Of a DNA stretch of 64,000 bases, positions 1 through 62,084 are shown in pieces (within the stretch, counting starts at the first letter, position 1; the number at the start of each line of letters is the position of its first letter). Both the position numbers and the translations under genes were made by a program. Location: assembly GCF_006345805.1 (NCBI RefSeq), contig NC_043004.1, forward strand, positions 72,726,001-72,790,000, read 5' to 3'. The notes beneath the pieces are model-generated. The model was not told the origin of the DNA and did not search any database. It saw nothing but the letters and a program-made list of their open reading frames with translations. This stretch comes from Octopus sinensis. Taxonomy: Eukaryota.

Positions 1-687
1 TACAAGAATGTGGCCCTTTTTGCCGCAGGCGTAACAGGTGGGTCTTCGGCCTTCGACCTGTACCCTGAGGGCTACGTTCTCTCCCACGAGCACTCTCTCA
101 GGAAGGAGCTGCAGGTCCTCCAGTGTTCCTTGAATTATTATATTAATGTTTCGCCCAAGCCAATATAGCGGGGCAGAGCATGTTACTTGTAGTATTTTAA
201 TTTTGTCCGTCCTTTTATATAACAGGGAGGCCACTACCTCTACCGGATCTACTTCCGGCGGGGCTTCTGCAATCCTGACCCGGGACGTCCTGCGTCCCCT
301 ATAGCTTGGGAAAAGTACCACCTCCTTGGTTTTTAGGGGGTTCACAGAATGCCCGCGGGCCACCTCTTCCCCCGAGAAGCGGACATCCACAGTGCCATAT
401 GCCCGTCCCCTGGCGACGTACACAATGTCCTTCCAAATCGGGGACAGGCATTTCTCGATGGTGTTTTTTTCAAAGTGTTTGAACCTTCTACTTTGTGGAC
501 AGAAGGTTTTAAACACTACGGTCCGCTTCTCGGTCTCCACGATACTTTTTCTTCCAGTTTTTCTTCCAAAGCAGTTCAATAGTTCAAAAAATTTCAATTC
601 CCACCCCCATTCGGAGGAGGGGCACGAAAATAGTCTGGCAAGACTATATATAGTCACGTAGATGAAAAAGCCACAATGGCTAACAGT
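1..687 (-). mobile_element. Retrotransposon ORF1/gag-like frame with CCHC zinc knuckle (L1/Tx1-like), runs off the window start
   Basis: Minus-strand frame open from 687 to 1, so absent from the ORF track: ...YVARGRAYGTVDVRF...PLKTKEVVLFPSYRGRR...VEGRRPTCYACGKKGHIL; homologous to the ORF at 7305-8051. Confidence 0.8.
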
Positions 688-873
688 TCAACCGGAGAAC
701 AAGACAGTTCAACAACGTTCAAAAACAAATTTTCAGTAGTAAAATTCAACAATTAACAACACAGCAAAACTCTTACCGGGAACAAAACGCGTCCAAACCG
801 TAGTAAGGTAAGCAAAGTCACTCTTTAGTCAGTGAGGTTAGCAAGCTACTTACCACACAGCCACTCCTACGCC

Positions 874-956
<83 letters not shown>

Positions 957-1263
957 TGTGTGTATGTATATATATATATATATATTATATATATACATAT
1001 ATATACACATATATATATACATATATGCGACAGGCTTCTTTCAGTTTCTGACTACCAAATCCACTCACAAGGCTTTGGTCGGTCTGAGGCTATAGTAGAA
1101 GACACTTGCCCAAGGTGCCACGCAGTGGAACTGAACCCGGAACCATGTCGTTGGTAAACAAGCTACTTACCACACAGCCACTCCTGCGCCTTTGTTGTTT
1201 ACCTCATTTTATAAGGTTTTTTTTTATAAACTTTCTTTTTTCCCATTTTTTTATTTAAAAGAC

Positions 1264-50710
<49,447 letters not shown>

Positions 50711-51228
50711 CTTTCTGTGTTGTTGCTGTTCTTATTTAGTCCAAGATCTACCTTTAACGACAGAGACTTATCAATAGATAACTTCCATTTTTATCCTAAC
50801 TATAAAGAACCCATAACCACATTGTCCAATGTGTCCACCTTTAAGGTGATAAGTTGTGAATTGAAGAGCATTTAGCTACGAATTCCAGTACATCTATATA
50901 CCTCATAAAATCTCACTGAATGATTTGGCTCCCTTGTTAGAGATTAATTTTTGAAATAAATATAAACTTTGTATGTGGATTTATAGCATGGCTGTGAAGG
51001 TGTTTGTTTTTGTGGGCAGAAAAGTACTTCTATATACATGCATCATGTGTAATTCTGTATGCGTTTGCGTGTGAATGTGTGAATCAATGCTGTGTGTGTT
51101 AAAGTAAAAGAATGTATCGTCTGAGCTGAGGAGTAGTGAGGAGACGAAACAGGAAAATGTCTTCTGGATTGTGATGGTGACGAGAATGTGGTGAAGCAGT
51201 TTGTACTTTTACACCAAACGTGGTGATA

Positions 51229-51720
51229 TGTCAAGAGTGGGGTTACCTATGGAACAGAAATAACATGCTACTGGGGGAGGCTTTATTCTTATTCGACGTA
51301 GCAGCAGGAGGTTTTAACGGGTCGTGTGACATGTCCTACACCAGATAATTGGACTCAACAAGGCCATTGAGGATGAAAAGGAGCTAGCACCGGACGGCCA
51401 GAGATGGAGAGCATAGGTGCATATGGTCAGTTCTGCGAATGATGACGTCTTTGTCGCCACCAACCTGGGCTGATCCCACTCCCATCAAACAAGACCACCA
51501 AGTGAGCAAGGGAGATGATTATCGTTATGAAGGTGGATGTCCAACAAGTGTTATGTGAGATGGACAGGCGCGTACTGAACGGTCTATGTGAAAGATAGGG
51601 AATTTTTTTAAAAACCGACCTTTCTAGCAATAAATGAAGTAAGTGCAGACAGCTAGAAAACTCAACTTCATATCAGACAGATGCCCTGCACCGCGGGTTC
51701 CAGCCCAGCACGACACCATG
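51229..51720 (-). mobile_element. Possible solo LTR
   Basis: GC-richer block bounded on one side by TG (...TTGACA on the minus strand) with AATAAA upstream of that end; other boundary and TSD not identified. Confidence 0.3.
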
Positions 51721-51763
51721 GTACTCCTTGCATTCATAGTTGTGATTCAGATTCCCCGCCAAT

Positions 51764-52573
51764 GTTTGTTGTAGCTGCAATTGTCGTACACACACAAACG
51801 AATAAAAACACTCAGTCGCTCACACACACGCAAACACAGAAATGAAAACACTCTCACACACAATCACAACACGAACAAACAAACACACACACAAACACAG
51901 TTAAACACTCACACACGCACACACTCAAACACACATAAAAAAAAAACACTCACTCACACACACATTCCCACACGCACACACTCGAACACACAGAAATGAA
52001 AACACTCACTCACACACACGCACAAACACAGAAATGAAAACACACAGTTCCACACTCACAAACGCACACACTCGAACACACAGAAATACATTCACTCACA
52101 CACACGCACGGAAATGAAAATAGTCACACATACTCACACACAAACGGATGCGCGCACACACAGAAATGAAAACACAGTTACACACTCACTCACTCACACA
52201 CACACACGCTCAGACACAAACATTGAACCGGAAACACTCTGTCACACAGGTGCGCGCAAACACAGACGCAGAAATAAAAGCACACACACACACACATTGG
52301 CTAACGCAAACACTCATACAATTTCTTCAGAATGTCACGGTTTTAAGGTCAACATATTTAAAGCATAAATACCTACAAGTGTACATCTTTGCATGTATCT
52401 ATGTGTGTGTGTGTGTTCGGACGTATGTGTGTTTGTGCGTGTTTGAGCACAGCCCACACATACGCCGCCGTAACGTAACGGTTCGGGAAAATAGAAAAAG
52501 TTAGAATAAGTACTAGGCTTCCAAATATTAAGTCCTAGGGTAGGTTTTGTTTGACTAAAGACGGTGCTCGGGC

Positions 52574-52604
<31 letters not shown>

Positions 52605-53851
52605 ATATATAAGTACATATATATGCAAACATACATATATCCATATATACATATATATACAAGTATATATATATGCAAACATACATATATCAATGTATAT
52701 ATACATGTACATATATATATATACACACACACATACATATACATACATAGATATATACATATATATATATATACGTACATATATACGTGTATTTACCCAC
52801 ACACGCATATATCCTTTATATATATATATATATATATATATATGCTTACATACATATATACATATATATATAATTATCAATATATATGTATATACAACAT
52901 GCGTTCAAGACAATGCCAAAACCATGGGAGAGATGTTGCAGAAACAATACTTCTAACCCAGTCTGTTGTCCCAGTTTTCAAAAGAGGAAACAAATCGCTT
53001 GCCGTGAATTACCGTCCAATCTCACTCACCTCTCATATCATTAAGGTATTTGAGAGAGTGCTGAGATCGCGTATGACTCACTTCCTTGAGAGTCATAATA
53101 TGCTGAACTCTAACCAGCATGGATTCCGTAATGGAAGGGATTGCCTGATGCAGCTACTGCATCATTTTGATGACATTTTGAGAGCCTTGGGAGAGGGCTC
53201 CAACACTGATGTCATCTACCTTGATTTCAGCAAGGCCTTTGACAGGGTTGATCATAAGATCCTTTTGAGAAAACTGTCCAATATTGGTGTCACTGGAAAG
53301 CTGCTGCAGTGGATCAAAGGCTTCCTGTCTAACAGAACCCAACATGTTGTAGTCGAAGGAGTCAAATCCAGCCCAGCCAAAGTCAGCAGTGGTGTCCCAC
53401 AAGGCACTGTGTTGGGCCCACTTCTCTTCATCATCTACATAAATGATATTACTGACACCATCAAACACAGTAACATCAGAACCTTCGCTGATGATTCCAA
53501 GCTCCAGAAGGTCATCAATGGCGTGGATGACCGGTTAAACCTTTAGTCAGACCTACTGGCTGTTGTCTAATGGGCGGAAAAGAACATGTTGCTAAACGAA
53601 GACAAATTCGAACTGATCCACTTTGGAAGGGAGGACGCTCTGAAACTCCCATACTGCCTTCCTTCTGGAGAAATTCTCATGGCGTCTAACAACATCAGAG
53701 ACTTGGGAGTAACAGTGGACAACAACATAAGCTGGGCTACACATATAAGCAGCAAAGTTGACATGGCCGCAGAATGTGTTCCTGGATTCTCAGAACCTTC
53801 CAGTCGAGAGATTCCCACGCCATTATCCTTCTCTTCTCCACAGCATGTATT

Positions 53852-53902
<51 letters not shown>

Positions 53903-54554
53903 TATATATATTTATATACATAAATACATGCTGTGTGTTTTCATTTCTGTGCGTGAGAGTGTGTAACTATGTGTTTTCAGTTCTGTTTGTATATATGTAT
54001 ACGTTAATATATTTGCTCGACTAAAGGCGGTGCTCCAGCATGGCTGCAGTTAAATAACTGAAAGAAGGCAACAGAGTGACAAAGTGTATATTACCATAAC
54101 TAAATATTTAAAGGAGATAACTACAAAATATCTTCTATAATTACATCCCTTGCATATTATAATTTAATAAGAATAATACTATAAATATGCAAGGGAGCTA
54201 ACTCTAGAACATATTTTGTAGTTATATGTTTTAAGTATGTAGTTAACGGGAGATAACTGCAAAATACATTCTAGAGTTATTTCCCTTGGATATGATTATA
54301 TTAGTACAATTATTCAATTATAATATGCAAGGGATGTAACTCTACAAGATATTTGTAGTATAATGATGGCTTGACTGTGCCCATGCTGGAGCACCGCCTT
54401 TTGTCGAGCAAATCGACAACAGGACTTATTCTATGTAAATCTAGTATTATACCATTGGTCCCCTTTGCCGAACCGCTAATTTACGGTAATGTAAACATAC
54501 CAGCATCAGTTGTCAAGCGGTTTGGAGGACACAGAATCATACACACACACACAC

Positions 54555-54598
<44 letters not shown>

Positions 54599-55339
54599 TC
54601 ATATATACGACGAGCTTCTTTCCATTTCCGTGTACCAAATCCACTCACAAAGCTTTTGTCTGTCCGATGCAATAGTAGAAGACTTGCCCATGGTGCCACG
54701 GACTGGGACTGAACCAGAAACTATGTGGTTGGTAAGCAAGATACTTACCAGACAGCCACTCCTACGCCTATATATTTACATATACATATATACGACAGTA
54801 AGCAAGCTACTACTCATACACACACCCCTGTTTGTTACTCTGACAACAAGTTGAAGGTGAGCTCTGATTGGTTGTATGCAAATGAGTTCATGAATGGGGT
54901 CCGGAACTCTCGTTGGAGAAAAAACTTTCACGATTGGGTCATATGAGACGATGCGACCACCTTGAGTATAGGTGGACTGTGTTCACACATGCACATACAC
55001 CTACACGTCCACACATAGATACATGCAAAGACGCACACTCGTAGCTATTTATGCTTTAAATATTTCTACCTTAAAACCGTGACATTCTAAAGAAATTGTA
55101 TGAGTGTGTGGGTCAGCCAATATGTGTGTTGTGTATGCGTGTGTGTGTGTGTGTGGTGTGTGTGTGTGTGCGTGTGTGTTTGTGCTTTCATTTCTGTGTC
55201 TGTTTGCGCGCGCGCTCATGTGTGAGAGTTTCCAGTTCATTGCTTGTGTGTATGAGTGTGTAACTGTGTTTTCATTTCTATGTGTGTGTGAGAGCATGTG
55301 TTTTTGTGCGTGTGTGAGTGTGTGTGTGTGTGTGTGTGT

Positions 55340-55391
<52 letters not shown>

Positions 55392-55505
55392 TATTTTCAT
55401 TTCAGCTTTTGTGTGTGTGATTCTTATTATTTTCGTGTAAGCGTGTGTGAGCGACTGTGTGTTTTTATTTGTTTGTGTGTGTGCAACAATTGCTTCTACA
55501 ACAAA
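51764..55505. repeat. Pair of CA-rich complex repeats in opposite orientation (51764-52420 and 55013-55505)
   Basis: Unique anchors match as reverse complements (gaatgtcacggttttaagg / ccttaaaaccgtgacattc; tttgttgtag.gcaattgt). Confidence 0.7.
52900..53850 (+). mobile_element. CR1-like LINE RT fragment
   Basis: [64 protein letters not shown]. Confidence 0.92.
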
Positions 55506-55949
55506 CACACCTTTCCATATCACTAAATCAACAGGAATTCAATTTATTGCATATTTAGCAACTTCAGATATTGCACATATTTTTCTCACATGGAGACAAT
55601 TTCAAAAGTTGATAAAACAAATTCTCATACTGGGGTGAAGGCTGCTGACATTCTAACTGGGGGTGGTAAACAACCAATGCCCCCCCTTATCTACGTACCT
55701 GGACCGGTCACAATTGGTCTTATTCTGAGATCTCTCTGGTGTGGAATATTTATGACTATAGAAGTTGACTTGTTGCAGGCTTCGTTTAAGGCCTCACTTT
55801 TGCGGATTTGGGGAAGTCCACAGAAGTTACTGGCCTTGCAGTCAAATCTACTCAAGTAATATCTCTCCTTTTTTGTCAAATCTTGTTGGAAATAGTGGAT
55901 ACTCACCACACACACACATGGGTATGTATGTGTGTATATATATATATAT

Positions 55950-56341
55950 ACTAGCAGTATCACCCGGTGTTGCTTGGCTTTGTTTCGACCCTTTAGAATT
56001 GGAATTTTTGAAAAGTAAAATTTTGCATTATGCAACTTGTTATTCTCTTCATGTGGAACATTTTTCCAGTTGAAATACACCGAAAAATGGTGACACAGCA
56101 GTCAAAAATCGTAAAAAATTGGGATTTTCATAGAAAAAAAAGCACCTTTTTTTATGTAAATAATTTTTTGTGTTAACATGGTCCGATTTGAATTTTATCT
56201 TCTACAGAATGAAGAGCAAGCCTTCTTCTATCATACTCTCAATTTTGGTCAACTTGCGCTGCAGGGTCTCGAAGGAGATAGTGTTATTTGAAGGCTACCA
56301 AACCTGCCACACACAGACAACTTCAGCTTATATAAATAGAT
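55950..56341 (+). mobile_element. Helentron-like element, related variant
   Basis: ACTAGCAGTATCACCCGGTGTTGC start; cagcttatataaatagat end. Confidence 0.6.
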
Positions 56342-57136
56342 TTGCTACACACTACTTTCCATCCTTAATAATGAAACTTGGTAGATCCAAAAGTTAAACA
56401 CACAGACACACAAGTTGAGTTTTATATATATAGATTTCTCAACGGGGATGTCAGGGGAGAGTTTCAGGGAGTCATGGCGATGTATCGTGATGATCAAAAA
56501 TCCGGCCTACTAAAATTTGGTTAAAGTGATTCAAACTGTAGACTCAACGCAAAATGGTCACATTTAATTCAAAGCGTTAAATATGTTATGAAAACAATTG
56601 GTATGTGTTCACAAAGTCCAAATAATTAATAGGAAAAACCCCTCCAGGCTACATCCCGAAAATTCGTTTCTTTGCCGAATTTCTACAATGTTTACGGTGA
56701 TTCGTTTTTATATCTTGATTTTTTATTTTTCATGCAATTTACGCATGCTTGCACGCGTGGTGAACACAGTTCACGTCAAACAGCTGACTGAGTAAAGTTC
56801 ACTATTCAATGCATGGGATAAGGCCTAAACAAACACATTATCGATTTTTGCACTTGCGAGATGAATTTCAGAACAGAAATAGTGCAGTTCAATTTTCATT
56901 CGCCTAAGCGTTAAGTGACCCAATTTTGGTGGTTCTACTATTTTTTGGCTAGGAGGATATGTGCCAGGAAGTTAAACACACAGACACATACACAGATATA
57001 CACACAGCCACACAAGTTGAGTTTTATATATATAGATATATATATATAGTTAATCCAAACATGAAAACACAACAATGCGACGACATGGAACAAGTATAGT
57101 ATTATTGGACGCTCAGGAAAGCAGGAAAGAAGGAGG

Positions 57137-57171
57137 GTTTAACGTTTCGAGCGGAGCTCTTCATCAGAAAC
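57137..57171 (-). ncRNA. Minimal type I hammerhead motif in a Penelope-like terminal repeat fragment (about 57040-57240)
   Basis: gttt CTGATGA A GAGC tcc GCTC GAAA CG TT aaac; core-mutated relatives at 9295-9329(-) and 10349-10384(+). Confidence 0.7.
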
Positions 57172-57242
57172 ATAGGAAAAGGAAAGATCCAAAGAAGGGA
57201 AGACAGAGGGGAAAAAATCGCCAACGGTACGCACTAGGTCAC

Positions 57243-57297
<55 letters not shown>

Positions 57298-57334
57298 TGC
57301 CCCCTCGTTATCGAATATGGCCATTGCACGAAGA

Positions 57335-60110
57335 TTAACTGTTATTGGTGCAGAGATTGACCAGTTTGACATCATCGGCAATTAGAAGGGTGTGTTGCGT
57401 GAGGTCGTCGGGCAAGTCATTTATGAAGACTAAGAACAATAAGGGCCCAAGCAATGAACCTTGAGGCACGCCACTGCTCGCACTGGAGACGTCCGTCAGC
57501 GAACCATTAACTTGGACTCGGAAGGAGCGATCTGAGAGGAAGGCACCAACCCATCGTACAATATCCGGATGGAAACTATATGCTTGAAGCTTGACAAGTA
57601 ATAGGCAGTGGTTTACCGAGTCAAAAGCTTTGGCAAAGTCCAATAAAACGATGTCAACAGCGTCACCATCATCGAGGATACGCGTCACCAATTCTTCCAC
57701 TACCAGTAAGTTGGTCAAGCATGATCTCTTCGGCATGAAGCCGTGTTGGGAATCAGAGATAGGGGCTGTGTTTTGGAGGTGGAGCAACATACTTTTCTTA
57801 AGGATGGTTTCGAACATCTTGCTGATTATTGAAGTAAGGGAAACCGGTCGGTAGTTAAGCGGGTCTTCGCGGCTCCCTTTCTTGAAAATTGGGCAGATTA
57901 TCTCTGTTCTCCAGTCCGCAGGTATAACACCCGTCGCCAATGACATATTGAAGAGACGTGTTAAGGGCTCGCAAATGACCGGAGCCAACGCTTTGATAAC
58001 CCGTGGATGTATGCCGTCAGGGCCGTGATCCTTGTTGACATCGAGGCCTTGAATAACACGTTTGACTTCGTCCTGCGTGATGACCAATCGAAGCATTGGA
58101 GGTACCGATCTATCAAATGGAGGGGGTTCACGACCATCATCTTGTTTGAAAATAGTTGAAAAAGCCTCGGCAAATAACTGACTCTGTTGATAAGGGTCCT
58201 CAATCGATACGCCTGCCTGTTGAGTCTACCAACGTTGCAATCTGGTTGTTCAAGCGGGAATTCCGTTGGACATGGGCAAAGAAGGTTTTGGGATTGCGAC
58301 TGGCGTTTGCCGCGATTCTGTATTCATATCTGAAGCGTTCTTCCTTTTCAATTTTCACGGCTCGGTCTCGTTGAGTTTTGTACACCTCAAAAGCTGCAGT
58401 CGAATCTAGATTTTTTAATTCAGCCCAAGCTGAAGTTCTCGTTTAACCTTCTTCGTCACCCAGGGCTTGTGTTTCTTCTTCTTGGGAAGCCCAACGGGAA
58501 CTGCCTGGTCAGTCAACCAGATTACATATGCTTTGAGGGACGACCATAGTTCGTCAACTGAGGACATCGTCATCAGGGATCGCCAGTCCAGAAGCGCGGA
58601 AGCCTCGGTTAGAATTTCAAGATTGATTGCAGAGAAGACTCTACGTGGCAGCAAAGTAGTCGTGGGCGTAGAAAAAGTTGTGTGCATGACGAACTTCAGA
58701 ACCGCGTGATCACTCTTGGCAAGAGGGGCGCACACAGATAAGCCTGACACTGATCTTGGATAGCGGGAGAATACCAGATCCAGCATAGATGGCTGCTGCC
58801 CAGACCGATGCCTTGTCAGATATTCAACATGTTGCGATAGAAAAAAATCTTCAGCCACATCAAGAAGGGCCTGGCCGAACCGGGAAGATGATGTACAAAT
58901 TGATGCGTTGAAGTCTCCTAATATCAAACAGCCATGAGAAGCTGAAACGAATCTTATCACTTCGAGTAAATGAGCATCGTCCTGGGGGTCGGCAAGAGGC
59001 GGCCTGTAGACAGCTAACACGGGCAGGCAAAACCTGGATAGGCTCAGCTTGCAATAGACGGCATCGAATTTTGTTGTAGGTTGAGCATTAGTGGGTAGAA
59101 TACCGCTGGACGGTTTGAGATCAGATTTAACATACTCAGCAACACCTCCACCTCGCCTTTTTTCTCTGTCACATCTGAAGATGGCGTAGCCCTGTAGGTG
59201 GATTTCTGAGTCCTTTACTGCTGGAGTCAGCCAAGTCTCGGTGATAGCTATCACATCTGGGGAATCACGCCAGTGTAAATAACTCGCTGAACTTTGGAAA
59301 TAAGGAGCACGAGTTGGTATAGACGATGCTAAGCTGTGAGGTTTGAGGGGCGGGAATTATGGAACAAGCAGAATAAGGAGTGTCAGAGGTAGCATCGTTG
59401 TCGGGAGTATCTACTTTACTTCGATTCGCCCTCGATTCACTTTTCCTGTCAGCACTACAGCATGCGACCAGAGGTAGGACTTGATTATTTGTCCATCTTG
59501 GATGCGTAAACCCTTCTCTCCCATCTGTTTTCTCATCTTCAGTTCGGATATTAGGTTTCTCCGGCGAATTCTCTCTCTCAGTGAGTATTCCTCACGAAAA
59601 CCCATATTGGGGTCCTCCCAGGCATGCGTCTGAGCTCTGTTCAGAAAGGTTGAAGCCTCCTGATCGGAAGAAAAGATTACCCTTATTGGGCGTGGTCTAG
59701 TGTCTGAGGTTGAGTTCGCTTGGAATCTTCCTAGCCGAGCGACCTTATGGATACTGACATTTTCGTTGACAGAGAACAATTCTCCAACTAAAACGGAAAC
59801 AAAATGTATGTCTTCTTTTAGGCAGTTTATGCCTGTATCACAGGTGGATTCAGCTTTACCATAAATGATTGCTGATCTTGAGTGGGCAAAATGGTCTTTC
59901 TGTTCACTACTGTGAACTGCGGCATTCGATTCTTCATCGGATAATTTAGAAAGGGTGGTTTCATAGCCATCAAACTTATGTAGGCCTTTGGGGTCGATCG
60001 GAATGGGTTTAGTGGTCATAACTTTCCCGTCTGGTTTGGAACTGCACTGCCTCTTCTTCGTTTTGGAGGTGCACCACCCCCAGATGAACTCACATTAAGA
60101 TCATTCAGAA
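57335..60110 (-). mobile_element. CR1-like LINE, 5' part: ORF1 (60019-59411), AP endonuclease (about 59350-58415) and RT (58096-57335), 3'-truncated
   Basis: ORF1 with RLGRF..RPRPIRVIF and R..R.L..EL motifs; APE motifs AITETWL, ILGDFN, LDLVF, SDHAVL; RT motifs QHGF, LDFAKAFDSV, GVPQGS, ADDVK; a few frameshifts and stops. Confidence 0.92.
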
Positions 60111-60269
60111 ATGGTTGAGCAATGGCATTGATGGGGAGGATAAACGAGGGAGAATCCAAACAGATTTTATATATACAGACACGCATACATACAAACACAC
60201 ATATACAAATATATATACAAACTTATATATACAAACATATATATATATATATACAACCATACATATACA

Positions 60270-60332
<63 letters not shown>

Positions 60333-60555
60333 ATATATATACAAGATAAGAAAATAGAGAAATACATCAAAATCAAATATCAATTAAACCACCACATAAG
60401 AGACTGTAGGGTTAAATATAAAAAGCAGAACAAATCAGTGTACATAAAGGGATGTACATAAAAAGTGTACATAAAAGAGTAATGTTGTATAATAATTAGA
60501 ATATATATAAAAAAGAATATAAATACAAGTAAGTATAAATATAAGTATAAATTAG

Positions 60556-60682
60556 ATCTTACAGCTGTTTCGGCCATGTCGATAATTATGTCTCATTTTA
60601 CCAATATTAGCCCTTTATGGTTGGTCAATATATAGATATAAATGAGACATTAACAAAAATATCACAAGGCCTCTTCGGAGAT
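60556..60682 (-). ncRNA. Hammerhead-like motif with U4C core change and long loop II
   Basis: atct CCGAAGA GGCC...GGCC GAAA CAGCTG TA agat. Confidence 0.5.
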
Positions 60683-62084
60683 TATGTAATATAACACAGT
60701 CTACACATATACCCACATGAGTGTGGGTGCGTACCCACAATACAACATATATATATACATATATATAATCACATATATATATACATATATATAATCACAC
60801 TCCTATACATATAAAAAAATATACATTTACATAATGATATAAATAAATAATATAAATTAGTAAACATATATATGTGTTCCACGCCCAATGTCTCAGGTTT
60901 TCGACTTAATATTGTGATAATAAACATACACAAATTAATACCTAGATGTAAATATACATAGTCAATAGTACATTATATTACTTCATAATAGTTTCCAAAG
61001 TGTCATTAAAGTTAGTATCATTATCGTTGTCAATACAATAATGTTATCATTGTTATCATTCATAATATTATTAATAACTCTTACATTATGATCCAGAGCA
61101 GAATATATGTATGTCCGTGTTCCAGTTAATAATTTTCCTTATGGCATAAATATACTAGTGGATTTGAATTTAAAATTATCATTATCTTCCTCACGGTTGG
61201 TCAATTGAGAACCGCCCGACCTCCACCACACCGTACAAGCAAAACATACACATCCACATCTAACCCTAAACCCATACATCCACACAGAGACTCACACACA
61301 CATGTACACACACAATAAATTGGAGAGTGCATGTCTGTCATCGTATTGCTTATAGACATATCAGTACAGGCAGCAGTGTCTAACACTAACACACACTCTC
61401 ACACGCACATCCGCATATACGCATACATATTAATACACTTTCCTATACTGTGTCAGGGAACTTTCGCACACACATATATATATATTTTTAAATATATATC
61501 TGCGCACTCATACGTACAAATAAAAAATGTCTCACCTGTAAAAATGTCTGACCAGATTTTTGACTAAGAAGCCTGCAGTCGTTAATATTAAGTCAAGTGT
61601 GACAGTAGTTTCAACATTCTACACACACACACACACACACACACACCACACACACACTCACACTCACACATACCCATACACACAACACGCTAACACAGAT
61701 AAACACACAGGTGACTCAGATCAACAATTACTGCTATATCGTGTCCACCCAAAGGTGGCGAGCTGGTAGAAACGTTAGCGCGCCGGGCGAAATGCGTAGC
61801 CGTATTCCTCCGCCGCTAAGTACTGAGTTCAAATTCCGCCGAGGTCGACGTTGCCTTTCATCCTTTCGGGATCGATAAATTAAGTACCAGTTACGCACTG
61901 GGGTCGATGTAATCGACTTAATCCTTTTGTCTGCCCTTGTTTGTCCCCTCTATGTTTAACCCATTGTGGGTAATAAAGAAACAGATATGAGTGGGAATGA
62001 ACACAAAACCATGTGGTTAGTAAACAAAATAATTACCACACAGCCACTCCTGCGCCTATATATAGTGCTTTGAAGAGTGCCTTA

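Noticed and set aside
326-661. Plus-strand ORFs of 111 and 77 aa
   Set aside because: Antisense shadows of the minus-strand zinc-knuckle ORF1 frame (1-687).
61090-61200. Possible GIY-YIG endonuclease remnant on the minus strand near the 60556 motif
   Set aside because: Similarity is too weak and interrupted by stops to support a call.
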